Shown: positions 1 through 14,413, counted from the first letter of the stretch. The stretch is DNA of 64,000 nt from Eledone cirrhosa (GCA_964016885.1 OZ024741.1:269638001-269702000); one strand, 5' to 3'. Notes: generated from the letters alone by a model not told the origin. A program made the numbers and translations.

Positions 1-672
1 AACCGTTCTGCACGCACTTGTCCAGTGTCCGTGCATTACTGACTTGTGGAGTTATGTCGAACAGCTACTGTCACGTGTGGAACGAATCCGGCTATCGGCC
101 GAGTCCATAGTGAAGATCGACCCGCCGCCTTCCTTAGGTCAGGAAGAGCAGGCAATTTTCCTCTGTCTGGTGGCAGTTGCGAAAGAGGTTATATAGTGGA
201 CCAGATTGAAAGGACTGAAGACAGACACTTTTCCCTTCGGCCAATCCCTCATCAACGTCTTCAAGTTTCACCTGGAAAGGAAGGTGAGGGTGGAGAGAGA
301 AGTCCCCCCCCCCCAGTACATTTGCTAAAAGGTGGATGAATGTGGCGAGAATGGCCCGTATGAATGGGCCTACTTTGACCATGCGCCTATAGGCTAGCTA
401 ACTTGAGGAGAGGGGTGCTCTCCCTGGGTGCCCTAGAAGCGCAGTGTGATTCAGGATTGGTGGGGTACCTGAGTCCCCCCTGGGTCGTCCACCCCCTATA
501 GGGGAATTTATTTTGTTATATTTATGCATAGTTTATTTTATATTTTTTATATCTTCATTGTTGAATTGATCTTGCCATTGTGCACTTTTACTCGACCTTA
601 TTGTAAACTCCCACGGTCTCTGTCTTTGTATTGTCCCCTAGATGTCGGCCCTTGTGGCCAATAAATGAAATC
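1..672 (+). mobile_element. 3' end of Tx1/L1-clade non-LTR retrotransposon (family A): ORF2 C-terminus plus 3' UTR
   Basis: Starts ETVLHALVQCPCITDLW (CCHC end of ORF2); stop near 389-391. 3' UTR ends GGCCCTTGTGGCCAATAAATGAAATC then (TTA)n. Closely similar to the reverse complement of 41341-42010 and 51247-51900. Confidence 0.9.
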
Positions 673-741
673 GTTATTATTATTATTGTTGTCTGTGTTA
701 TTATTGTTGTTATTGTGGTTGTTGTTGTTGTTGTTAATGTT

Positions 742-1214
742 AGTGGATTGGCAGTATCGGTAGAGGGTCGGACGCCATGCTTTTCAGCATAGTTACGGCC
801 CTTGCCATTCTGAGTTCAAATCCCGCCCAGGTTAGCTTTGCCTTTCATCCTTACGGGGTCGATAAAATAAAGTACCAGTAATGCACTGGGTAATTGCTGG
901 CCTTGTGCCTAAAGTAGAAACAGTTATTATTGTTGTCTGTGTTGTTATTATTGTTATTGCTATTGTGATTGTTGTTGTTATTGTTGTTGTTATTATCGTT
1001 GTTGTTAATGTTACTGGATTGGCAGTATCGGTAGAGGTTCGGACACCATGCTTTGCAGCATAGAGTTAAAGCCCTTTATGATCTGAGTTCAAATCCAGCC
1101 GAGGTTAACTTTGCCTTTCATCCTTACGGGGTCGGTACCAGCCACGCACTGAGGTCGATTTAATCGACTTTCCCCTACTCCCAAATTGCTGGCCTTGTGC
1201 CTATATAAGAAACC
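742..1214 (+). mobile_element. Two tandem copies of tRNA-derived SINE (short-3' variant 742-922, long-3' variant 1014-1214)
   Basis: A-box-like TTGGCAGTATCGGTAGAG, B-box GAGTTCAAATCC, core TTTGCCTTTCATCCTTACGGGGTCGATAAAATAAAGTACCAG, 3' end GCTGGCCTTGTGCCTAAAGTAGAAAC plus (TTA/TTG)n tail. Confidence 0.9.
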
Positions 1215-1439
1215 GTTATTATCGTTATTGTTGTTTTTATTGTTATTGTTGTTGTTATTATTGTCATTGTTATTGCTCTTGTTATTACATTCCTTTACAA
1301 CGTCTATGAAATATTTAACTGAAATCTGCTCCTCCCAATTACGCCCAACACTCTGTTCTTTATTAAGCTGTCAAAATTGTCTGAGAGCAGCAAACAACAT
1401 CTATTTATTTGTTTTATTATTAACTGCTCTAATTTGTTC

Positions 1440-1925
1440 TTGTTTATGTTGTTGTTATGTTTATGTTGTTGTTATTATGTTGATGTTGTTGTTATTTTGA
1501 TGTATATTGTTATTTTGATGTATGTTGATTTAGTTTATGTTGAGTTATGTTAAGTTATGTTACAATTTTTATATCGTGTTGTGTTGTTACGTTGTTTATA
1601 TGTAGTTGTAATGTTGTTTATGTGTGGCTGTTATGTTGTTATGTTGTTTATATGTCACTGCTAACTTGTTATGTTGTGTATATGTATTTATGTTGTTATG
1701 TTGTTATGTTGTTTATATGTCACTGTTAAGTTGGTATGTTGTTTATATGTCACTGCTAAGTTGTTGTGTTGTTTATATGTAGTTGTTATGTTGTTATGTT
1801 ATTTATATGTAACTGTTATGTTGTTATGTTGTTTATATGTAGTTGTTATGTTGTTATGTTATTTATATGTAACTGTTATGTTGTTTATATCTAGCTGTTA
1901 TGTTGTTATATTGTTTATATGTAGC
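1440..1925. repeat. Low-complexity (TTATG/TTG)-based minisatellite
   Basis: Recurrent units such as GTTATGTTGTTATGTTGTTTATATGTA. Confidence 0.8.
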
Positions 1926-1944
1926 TATATAGAAGGCACAAAAC

Positions 1945-2110
1945 TTAGTTAATGTATTCGGCTCACAATCGAGAGGTTGTAAGTTCGATTCCCGGGCCGG
2001 GCGATGTGTTGTGTTTATTGAGCTTTATTTCACGATTACTCCGGTCCACTCAGTTGCAAAAATGAGTTGTAACCTCACTGGTACCATGCTTTACCCTTCC
2101 CTTGGACAAC
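1945..2110 (+). mobile_element. Second tRNA-derived SINE family (decayed copy)
   Basis: B-box AGTTCGATTCCC followed by GGGCGATGTGTTGTGTT...CTTTATTTCACG; homologous to 35070-35190. Confidence 0.7.
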
Positions 2111-2297
2111 CTCGTATATAGTGTATATATAGTGTATACACAGAGTATATTTCAGTACATAGTATATATATAGTGTATATATAGTGTATATACAGTGAAT
2201 ATATGGGTGTGACGTCACTAGTGCCAAGCTGTATAGGCCTTTGCTCTTCCTTGGAACAATATCATAGATAGTGTATATACAGTGTATATTATATTAC

Positions 2298-2392
2298 AAG
2301 GTTAACTTTGCCTTTCATCCTTCCGGGGTCGATAGAATAAAGTACCAGTAATGCATTGGGTAATTGCTGGCCTTGTGCCAAAAGTAGAAACA
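2298..2392 (+). mobile_element. 3' half of main SINE
   Basis: GGTTAACTTTGCCTTTCATCCTTCCGGGGTCGATAG...GCTGGCCTTGTGCCAAAAGTAGAAAC. Confidence 0.85.
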
Positions 2393-2978
2393 TTTATATT
2401 ACATAGTACTAGAAGAAAAACCACACGAAGGGTGGTTTTCTGCTAGCATGTGTAGTGTGCATATTGATATTATACGCAAGTATATATGCATGTAGATATG
2501 ATATATCAAGTATATATGCATGTAGATATGATACATCAAATAAAATCATAATTGACAATATACACAGAAATCGAACGAAGACTGTGTTATACTCTCTTCT
2601 GTAATCAGTAACGTAATCCATGATACATTAAATAAAAGAAAATTAGTGACGGAAATATATGAATGTTTATGTAAGTGATCGCTAACCGGAAGTGTTGACA
2701 TTTAAAACTTTTAAAGAAGTGAATCTTAAAAAATAAGCAACAAAATTATTTATATCTAATCAAGAATAACGAAATTCATTATTTATTCAAAGTAATCCAA
2801 CTTGTTTTACAATCGGGATTAAAAAATATATTCTGGACGCAGTCCCGCACTCTTTATTTTATTATAGTTTAGATATATATATGCAGTGTATACATAGTGT
2901 ATACATATAGTGCTCATATGAGTGTGACGTCACTAGTACCAAGCAACATCATTTCGTATATATACAATGTATATACGA

Positions 2979-3845
2979 CTCTAAACCTAACCCTAACCCT
3001 AACTCTAACCCTGACCCTAACCTAACCCTAACATTAATTCTAGCCGTAACCCTAACCATGACTCTAACCCTGACCCTAACTCTAACCCTGACGCTAACCA
3101 TAACCCCAACCCTAACCCTGACTCTAACCCTAACTCTAACCCTAACCCTGACCCTGACCCTAACTCTAACCCTAACCCTAACCCTAACCCTAACCCTAAC
3201 CCTAACTCTAACCCTAACCCTAACCCTAACTCTAACCCTAACCCTGACCCTGACCCTAACTCTAACCCTAACCCTAACCCTAACCCTAACCCTAACCCTG
3301 ACCCTGACCCTAACTCTAACCCTAACCCTAACCCTAACCCTAACTCTAACCCTAACCCTAACCCTAACTCTAACCCTAACCCTGACCCTGACCCTAACTC
3401 TAACCCTAACCCTAACCCTAACCCTAACCCTAACCCTAACCCTAACCCTGACCCTGACCCTAACTCTAACCCTAACCCTAACCCTAACCCTAACTCTAAC
3501 CCTAACCCTAACCCTAACTCTAACCCTAACCCTGACCCTGACCCTAACTCTAACCCTAACCCTAACCCTAACCCTAACCCTAACCCTAACCCTAACCCTA
3601 ACCCTAACTCTAACCCTAACCCTAACCCTAACTCTAACCCTAACCCTGACCCTGACCCTAACTCTAACCCTAACCCTAACCCTAACCCTAACCCTAACCC
3701 TAACCCTAACCCTGACCCTGACCCTAACTCTAACCCTAACCCTAACCCTAACCCTAACTCTAACCCTAACCCTAACCCTAACCCTAACCCTAAGCCTGAC
3801 ACTGACCCTAACCCTGACTCTAACCCTAACCCTAAGCCTAACTCT
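2979..3845 (-). repeat. Interstitial telomere-like (TTAGGG)n array with TCAGGG/TTAGAG variants
   Basis: ~865 bp of CCCTAA hexamers mixed with CCCTGA and CTCTAA; non-telomeric sequence on both sides. Confidence 0.95.
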
Positions 3846-3944
3846 TCTATATTCTGTTAGTCATAATTACAGTTTTTCAGTGAGAGATTAAAGTTGGAAA
3901 TAATTCCAGATTAGAAAAGTTACTCAATACATACTGACTATTTC

Positions 3945-4065
3945 CCTCTCCCTTTCCCCCTCTCTGTCTCTCTTTCGTCTCACACTCTCTCTCTATCTCT
4001 CTATCTCTCTCTCTCTCTTTCTCTTTCTCTTTCTCTCCTCTCCCTATCTATCTATCTGTCTGTAT

Positions 4066-4143
<78 letters not shown>

Positions 4144-4167
4144 TACATACATATATACACACACACA

Positions 4168-4208
<41 letters not shown>

Positions 4209-4216
4209 CATTCTCT

Positions 4217-4271
<55 letters not shown>

Positions 4272-4360
4272 GATTCTCTCTCCATCTCTCTCTTTCCTTC
4301 ACACTCTCCCTTCCACTCGCTACCTAACCCCTCTCTCTCTCTCTCTCCCTCCTCTCCTTA
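3945..4360. repeat. Compound (CT)n/(TA)n/(CA)n microsatellite
   Basis: Directly visible. Confidence 0.95.
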
Positions 4361-4547
4361 GATCCTCCTCTCTTCATATAATTCTAATAATTACAAAATA
4401 TATTATATTCAGCCACAGCTTCTTTCATCTAACAAAGCAATATTCTCTCCCAACTAGAAGTTCTCGACATAAAGCAGAGTTGCGTCCTTGAGAAATAAAT
4501 CCTTTAATCTACCATTCTATTAATTACCATACTATTCTAGGAACAAT

Positions 4548-6750
<2,203 letters not shown>

Positions 6751-7069
6751 CCTCTACTTCTTTTTCTTCAATATGGCTAAGAATTAATTCTTCATTGAGC
6801 CACACCGTGAATGGTTGCCAAACTCATCTATGTATCTGTGACATTGTCTAATTTATATATATATATACCCTTTGAATTTAATATATACTCCCGTAAGGTT
6901 GGATAAAACTTTAGGCAATATTCGGCTGAGCTTTCTAGCAAACAGCCTACTCGCCGACAGGCACCAATCAAACTTTCTGCCTTGACCACTGGCCACGTCA
7001 TAGTTCTTAGCCATTTTGAATTCATTTCTGGCGGGGATCATGGTAGAAGAATCTTAGTCCAGTCTGGGG

Positions 7070-7156
7070 TATCTCCTGATGAGTTCCGAGCCTCGTGTAT
7101 TTATCCAAGACCAGATATATACAAAAAGTGGAACGAAGCCACCGGTTGGTAGAAAC
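7070..7156 (+). ncRNA. Degenerate type I hammerhead ribozyme motif
   Basis: CTGATGA (7076-7082), stem II GTTCC/GGAAC closing a long insert, GAAG instead of GAAA, stem III CCA/TGG around CCGGT, GUA triplet; stem I imperfect. Confidence 0.5.
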
Positions 7157-7564
7157 GATGAGAATTTTGGGAATATTTATGTGCATTTTTTCTTCTAACT
7201 TCAATTTCGTGCCTAATTCCGTGTAGTTAACTATATGTCTAGTCAATTTCTACAGGCTAGAAGGAATATTAGGTAAATGTCATATGGTTGTACATCGCGG
7301 AAAAGAATGTATATCATTTGTCTATTATTTCTTCATTTTAATCTTATAGCCTCGTTTAAATGATTTTTTGTGTGGTTAATTTATACTGATTGGGAGAGGA
7401 AATACTGTATATATTTTATCTAATGATTCTTTGGACTTACATTTTTATATATTGCTCTGATTAATAATTATTTAATTAATTCTTCATTGAGCCACACCGT
7501 AAATGGTTTCCAAACACATATATGTATCTATGATTTCGTCTAATTTATATATATATACCCTTTG

Positions 7565-7601
<37 letters not shown>

Positions 7602-8179
7602 TATACATATATATATATATTGTGAATTGTGTGATGACATAGAGACTTCCTCCAATTTTATCAATGGTAGATAACTTGTCAGATATATCATGATTTACAT
7701 TAAGTATATCGAAATAGTGTCATAATTATGTGGACGGGGTGATATTGTTGTTCTTATTGTAGTGGTTGTTTAATTCTAGATTACTTCTGATTGACCAGCT
7801 CGGCTTAATCAAGACAATGACATTCTAGAAAGGTGGGTCACACGAAATCTACATTGGGTCACAGCACATTGTCTAAAGAAATAAAATGAAAGAACTCATT
7901 GGATAATGTATTCACAGTTCTACAATGTACGAAAAACTATATGACGAGAGTTTAAAGAATAACAATCTATAATCAACATATTTTTGTTGTTTTTCTAACC
8001 CGTAACTTCTGAGAGAATCGTACTGGCGCCATATTGACATATGGCGTTTCTTGGGCATTTTAAAACCTAGCAGAGCCCATCTCCTCTCTAGGTCTAAACA
8101 TAGTAGATTTCTTCTAGAGTAGGAAATGGGGTGAGAGAGAGAAAGGAAGCGAAAAAGAGATAGAATAGATAGATCGAGA

Positions 8180-8345
8180 GGTAGAATCGATCCCAGTACT
8201 AGACTGGTACTTTTTTATCGACTTCGAAATGATGAAAGCAAATTTGACTTCGGCGGGATTTAAGCGCAAAACACAGAGAGCTGAAACAAATACCGCAAAG
8301 CATTCTAACTTACGTTCTAACGACTCTGCCAATTCACCGCCTTAT
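8180..8345 (-). mobile_element. Main SINE, decayed
   Basis: Reverse complement of ACTGGTACTTTTTTATCGAC...GAAAGCAAATTTGACTTCGGCGGGATTT...CTGCCAATTCACCGCC. Confidence 0.8.
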
Positions 8346-8809
8346 AATCAAAATCCAATGACCATCCAGTTATTTATTTATCAAACACTACAATATATAT
8401 TCTGTGCTCCATTTGTTTTGTTTTGTTTTGTTGTTGTTTTAGATGGGACAATGTGATTTGCAAAGAAGTTGACTGCTATTTCTAACAGAATATACAGTTA
8501 TATACAGGTTGCCGTCGTTTGGATGACTAGGTATAAATCCCACATCTCAATCTTCTGTTATATAATAGACTTGTAGTATAGTTGACATACTGTCCACACT
8601 GTTACATTTTCCAGTGATGAAACGTTATATACAAAAGCCAATACTTAGATCAAACCAAAAGAGTTATTTTCATCGGTTTTTCCATTGTTAATACTATTTG
8701 TTGGTCGCAACTCTTAGCAGCTCAAACTGGATTGAGCCTGGGACAGGTACCACAAGGCATCTCGTGACACGGTTTAACAATTCTGCTAATCAACCGCAAC
8801 TTGACTCGC

Positions 8810-9142
8810 ACTTTATTTGCTGATCCCGAAAGAGGAAAAGGCAAAGTTGACCTCGGTGGGATTTGAACTCAGAACATTAAGAGCTGGAAAACATATCAAG
8901 ATAATTAATTCGACGTTTTAATGATTTTGATTATAAGGCGGTGAATTGGCAGGGTCGTTAGAACATTGGATAGAATGCTTTGTAGTGTTCCTTCCAGCTC
9001 TCTGCTCTCTCAGTTCAAATCCCGCCCAGGTCAACTTTGCCTTTCATCCTTACGGGGGTCGATAAATGTCACCTGCTGAGGTCGATTTAAACAAGTTACC
9101 CTTCCCCCAAAATTGCTGGCATTGTGCTTAAATCAGAAACCA
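8810..9142. mobile_element. Head-to-head main SINE copies (partial minus copy 8810-8930; plus copy 8936-9142)
   Basis: Same A/B box and core motifs on opposite strands. Confidence 0.8.
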
Positions 9143-9155
9143 TTATATTTGTCAG

Positions 9156-9643
9156 AAGAAGATGATGATGATGATGACGATGAGGATGATGATGATGATG
9201 ATGACGATGAGGATGATGACGATGATGATGATGATGATGACGATGAGGATGATGATGATGATGACGATGAGGATGACGATGATGATGACGATGAGGATGA
9301 TGACGATGATGATGATGATGACGATGAGGATGACGATGAGGATGATGACGATGAGGATGATGATGATGATGATGACGATGAGGATGATGACGATGATGAT
9401 GACGATGAGGATGATGACGATGATGATGATGATGACGATGAGGATGACGATGATGATGACGATGAGGATGATGACGATGACGATGATGATGACGATGAGG
9501 ATGACGATGAGGATGATGACGATGAGGATGATGATGATGATGATGACGATGAGGATGATGACGATGATGATGACGATGAGGATGATGATGATGATGATGA
9601 CGATGAGGATGATGACGATGATGATGACGATGAGGATGATGAC

Positions 9644-9699
<56 letters not shown>

Positions 9700-9725
9700 G
9701 GAGGATGATGATGATGATGATGATG
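9156..9725. repeat. (GAT/GAC/GAG)n trinucleotide array just downstream of a SINE
   Basis: Directly visible; recurring unit GAC-GAT-GAG-GAT. Confidence 0.95.
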
Positions 9726-9827
9726 TACTTTGTGAGAGCCCCAATCAATTCTATGTGTAGCTATTTAGGTATCTGGGAAACAACCAATTGAGGATGAAAG
9801 CTTTCAAAGCCATTAAATATTTCCAGT

Positions 9828-10598
9828 ACCGGTAGAGGGTCGGACGCCATGCTTTCTACCATAGTTACGTCCCTTTACCGTCTCAGTTCAAATTGCCTTT
9901 CATCCTTACGAGGTCGATAAAATAAAGTACCAGTAATGCACTGGGTAATTTGCATCCTTGTGCCAAAAGTAGAAACAATTATTTAATGACAAGGGCGGTG
10001 GATTGGCACATCGGTAGAGCGTCAGAGAATAATCTTTACAACATAGAGTTACGTCCCTTTACGTCCTGAGTTCAAATCCCGCCGAGGTTAACTTTGCATT
10101 TTATTCTTACGGGATCGATAAAATAAAGTACCAGTAACGTACTGAGGTCGATTTAATCGACTTGCCCCCCCCAAAAATGACTGGCCTTGTGCCTATACTA
10201 GAAATCATTTCGGACGCCATGCTTTCCAGCATAGTTACGCCCCTTTACGATCTGAGTTCAAATCCCGCCGAGGTTGACTTTGCCTTTCATCCTTACGGGG
10301 TCGATAAAATAAAGTACCAGTAATGCACTGGGTAATTGTTGGCCTTGTGCCTAAAGTAGAAACAACTATTTAACGGCAAGGGCGGTAGATTGGCAGTATC
10401 GGTAGAGCGTCAGACGCCATGCTTTACAGCATATAGTTACGGCCTTTCAAGATCTGAGTTCAAATCCTGCTGAGGTTAACTTTGCCTTTTATCCTTAAAG
10501 GGTCGATAAGATAAAGTACCAGTAATGCACTGGGGTCGATTTAATCGACTATCCTCTCCTTTTCAAATTGCTGGCCTTGTGCTAGTAGTAGAAATCAT
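9828..10598 (+). mobile_element. Four tandem main-SINE copies (short, long, short, long 3' variants)
   Basis: Copies at ~9828-9975, 9993-10205, 10210-10365 and 10380-10598, each with the core motif. Confidence 0.9.
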
Positions 10599-10742
10599 TA
10601 TATACGTTGTTTGCAACAAGGGTGCTGTTCGGATAAAGGCGATATTACAAAGATACGTTAGATGAAGATGGGAGTTTATATGGAAACGAGATAAGTTAGG
10701 TAGCAAGTATAAACAACAACAACAACAATGACAATAATTCTT

Positions 10743-11362
10743 TCTACTTTTTGGCACATGGCCAACAATTACCCCAGTACGTTACTGGTGCTTTATTTTA
10801 AACGACCCCTTAAGGATGAAAGGCAAAGTTAACCTCGGTGGGATTTGAACTCAGAACGTAAAGGGTCATAACTCTATGCTGCAAAGCATGGTGTTTGACG
10901 CTCTACTGATACTGCCAATCCATCGCCCAACAAAAATGGTTTCTTATATAGGCACAAGGCCAGCAATTTTGGGGGAGGGGAAAGTCGAATAAATCAACCC
11001 CAGTACGTGACTGGTCCTTTATTTTATCGACCCTTAAGGATGAAAGGCAATGTTAACCTCAGTGGGATTTAAAATCAGAACGTAAAGGGCCATAACTCTA
11101 TGCTGAAAAGCATGGTGTCTGACGCTCTACTGATACTGCCAATCGAACGCCCAACAACAATGACAATAATGATGTTATAATGATGAAGAAGATGATGATG
11201 ATGATAATGATGAGTTCAAAATTCCGCTGAGGTTAGCTTTGCCTTTCATCCTTAAAGGGTCGATCAAATAAAGTACCAGTAACGCACTGGGGTCGATTTA
11301 ATCGCCTTCTCCCTCCACCCCCACAAAAGAATTGTTAGCCTTGTGTCTAAATCAGAAACCAT
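10743..11362. mobile_element. Two minus-strand main-SINE copies (10743-10929, 10937-11152) and a plus-strand 3' half (11210-11362)
   Basis: Same core motifs. Confidence 0.9.
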
Positions 11363-11646
11363 TATATTTGTCAGTTATCGATCAACACACAAAATAGAAA
11401 GAAAGTGGGGAACGAATCGATTAGTTTCGTTTAATATTTATAGGCTCTACATGATTGCTTATTTCATCCATCATACAGCGAAAGTCAATAACTTTCAATG
11501 ACTTAATGGTTCACTCTATAGAACGACAAAGGTAACCCCTACAGGTGATACAGTGATGAGCAAGTGTAACTAGTCGAATTGTTCTTCATCAGGCGGGTAA
11601 ATAGATCGATATAATATATATATTTATATATATATACGTATATATA

Positions 11647-12258
<612 letters not shown>

Positions 12259-12572
12259 CGTAATCCTGGTATGCTTATATACATTTTTTCTTCTAACTTT
12301 AATTTTATACTTAATTGTGTATGGTTGACGATATATTTAATCGATTTCCACGTGCTATTGAAATGCTGGGTAAATATTCTATAGCTGTTGATCGCGAATA
12401 GATGGCTGTCGTTTATTTATCTACTATTTCTTCATAGGTGCCTTTTAATCTTATAGCCTGGTTTAATTGGTTTTTTTGTGTGGTTGATTGTGCTGATTGG
12501 GAGAGGAAATAGTGTATATATCTTATCAAATGATTCTATGGACATATTTTATTATATATATATATATATATA

Positions 12573-13000
12573 TAATGTAGGAGGTAAGTTTTATTGTGGT
12601 ACAATAAAGCAATACAAATATCGGATAAGTAGCACTCTACAGTTTGTAGGACTGGAGTATAAATAATATAAGATCAAAAGATGGTTAAAAGAGTTCCAAG
12701 TATTTTATTATGCGCATTTCAAAAACAAATATCGTCTTGAGATGATATCTGCGTTTTCATCAGATAAAATAGGGATACATGATATGAAGGTTAAAAAACA
12801 CTTGTGAATAGTGAAGTTTTAAATCAACGGATATGTTGATTTAAAACTTCACTATTCACAAGTGTTTTTTAACCTTCATATCATGTATCCCTATTTTATC
12901 TGATGAAAACGCAGATATCATCTCAAGATGATATTTGTTTTTGAAATGCGCATAATAAAATACTTGGAACTCTTTTAACCATCTTTTGATCTTATATTAT
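12573..13000. mobile_element. (TA)n-embedded asymmetric palindromic element with two hammerheads (family P2)
   Basis: Near-perfect 166-bp arms 12663-12828 / 12835-13000 with a 6-nt spacer; ~90-nt extension on the left arm. Confidence 0.8.
12892..12962 (+). ncRNA. Type I hammerhead ribozyme (mirror copy on minus strand at 12701-12771)
   Basis: Stem I TATTTTAT/ATAAAATA (8 bp), CTGATGA 12900-12906, long stem II (AAACGCAGATATCATC-TCAA-GATGATATTTGTTTTT), GAAA 12943-12946, short stem III with palindromic GCGC loop, AUA cleavage triplet. Confidence 0.85.
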
Positions 13001-13012
13001 ATATATATATAC

Positions 13013-13077
<65 letters not shown>

Positions 13078-13082
<5 letters not shown>

Positions 13083-13752
13083 AATTAAGTTAAAAATGTA
13101 CATCTACATATGCATACTGAAATACTAGTGTGTATATGATACACACACGTATACATATGTAGGTGTACCAAGTCTTTCACTGGTCGCTTTACAGTGAGCG
13201 GCCCAGCTATTCTGTATGTAAACACACAGACAAACCGGTTTTTAGAGTCATACTGGTTTTGGGGGGAACACCTTCCCCCTATTCTGCAGAAAGCCAGACA
13301 AGGAATATTGAACTAGTTTCGTTGTTGTTACAACTCATCAGCAATATTTACCTATCTACCGGCCTTTCTGGAGAATTGTAAAAGCACATATCGTTATATG
13401 CTTTTTCTATGAAAATTAGTAGTGGGCAGACTAATTTGCATAGAGTGTGAGTACGCACCGGTTCAGCGGAGACGATAAAAACAAATAACGAAACGAAATT
13501 AAATTTCGTTTCGTTTGTAACTCACTTTTGTATGACTGACGCTTAAACAATTAAGTTAAAAATGTACATCTACATATGCATACTGAAATACTAGTGTGTA
13601 TATGAATACACACACGTATACATATGTAGGTGTACCAAGTCTTTCACTGGTCGCTTTACAGTGAGCGGCCCAGCTATTCTGTATGTAAACACACAGACAA
13701 ACCGGTTTTTAGAGTCATACTGGTTTTTGGGGGAACACCTTTGGGGGAACAG
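13078..13752 (-). mobile_element. Partial-tandem (about 1.4 units, 466-bp period) hammerhead-containing element in (TA)n; retrozyme-like (family R, copy 1)
   Basis: ~197-bp direct repeat 13078-13274 / 13544-13741; HHR at 13304-13348; upstream module homologous to 35700-35840. Confidence 0.75.
13304..13348 (-). ncRNA. Type I hammerhead ribozyme
   Basis: Minus strand AATATTG-CTGATGA-GTTGT(AACA)ACAAC-GAAA-C(TA)G-TT-CAATATT: 7-bp stem I, 5-bp stem II, palindromic AACTAGTT stem III region, GUU triplet. Confidence 0.85.
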
Positions 13753-13784
13753 CTATATATATATTTATTAAAATAACAGATTAA

Positions 13785-13835
13785 AGTTTAAGCAAAGAAT
13801 CGCTGCTTTCACCCTTAACGGGATCTTCTGAAACT
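13785..13835 (-). ncRNA. Degenerate hammerhead motif in a (TA)n-flanked island (13765-14040)
   Basis: AGTTT-CAGAAGA (one core mismatch)-TCCC(GTTAA)GGGT-GAAA-GCA..TGC-TT-AAACT. Confidence 0.55.
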
Positions 13836-14035
13836 AACAAAGTCAATCTGTAAACGCAGAACTGGATATTTCAAAAAACGTTGCAACCGGAGGAAGACAG
13901 GAAGACGATACTTTGGTTCGTGGTAACGTTCGCTGGCAAAGAACGGGAAAAAACGAATAATACGTCATTAATAGGAGCGGTGAAAAACAATTACGCGCAA
14001 AGACAAAACCACGTTTATGGTATAAAAGAGGTCGT

Positions 14036-14123
<88 letters not shown>

Positions 14124-14159
14124 TACATATATATATATGCGCGTGTGTGTGTGTGTGCG

Positions 14160-14324
14160 TATAGGAGAGAATACATGAAAAGAGCATGTTTTCATTACAC
14201 CCTGTAATGAAAACATGTTCTTTTCATGTATTCTCTCCTATATATTTTGAAGAGCCCGGAAAAATTTCCTTGAACTCATTATATTACAGGGACTAATGCG
14301 AGTCCTTTACTCCGTTGCTTCATT

Positions 14325-14327
<3 letters not shown>
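14160..14327. mobile_element. Short asymmetric palindrome in microsatellite (family P3) carrying the 3' half of a hammerhead
   Basis: 40-bp arms 14160-14199 / 14203-14242 with CCC spacer; GAAA-A-CATG-T-TC half motif; ~85-nt right extension with the ACTC-stem-GAGTCCT hairpin. Confidence 0.6.

Positions 14328-14413
<86 letters not shown>

Noticed and set aside
3017-3891. GL- and TL-repeat ORFs; true chromosome end
   Set aside because: Translations of the telomeric hexamer; ordinary sequence continues on both sides.
7625-7730. Hammerhead-like GTGATGA...GAAA..ATA in a (TA)n-adjacent island
   Set aside because: C3 mutated and stems I and II do not pair convincingly.
9113-9760. Poly-Asp/Glu ORF resembling acidic biomineral proteins
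   Set aside because: Starts at a TTG inside a SINE, has no signal peptide, and is a triplet expansion beside a SINE tail.
12663-13000. Classical MITE interpretation of the palindromes
   Set aside because: Arms are asymmetric, centres vary between copies and each arm holds a ribozyme motif, which fits inverted retro-copies better.
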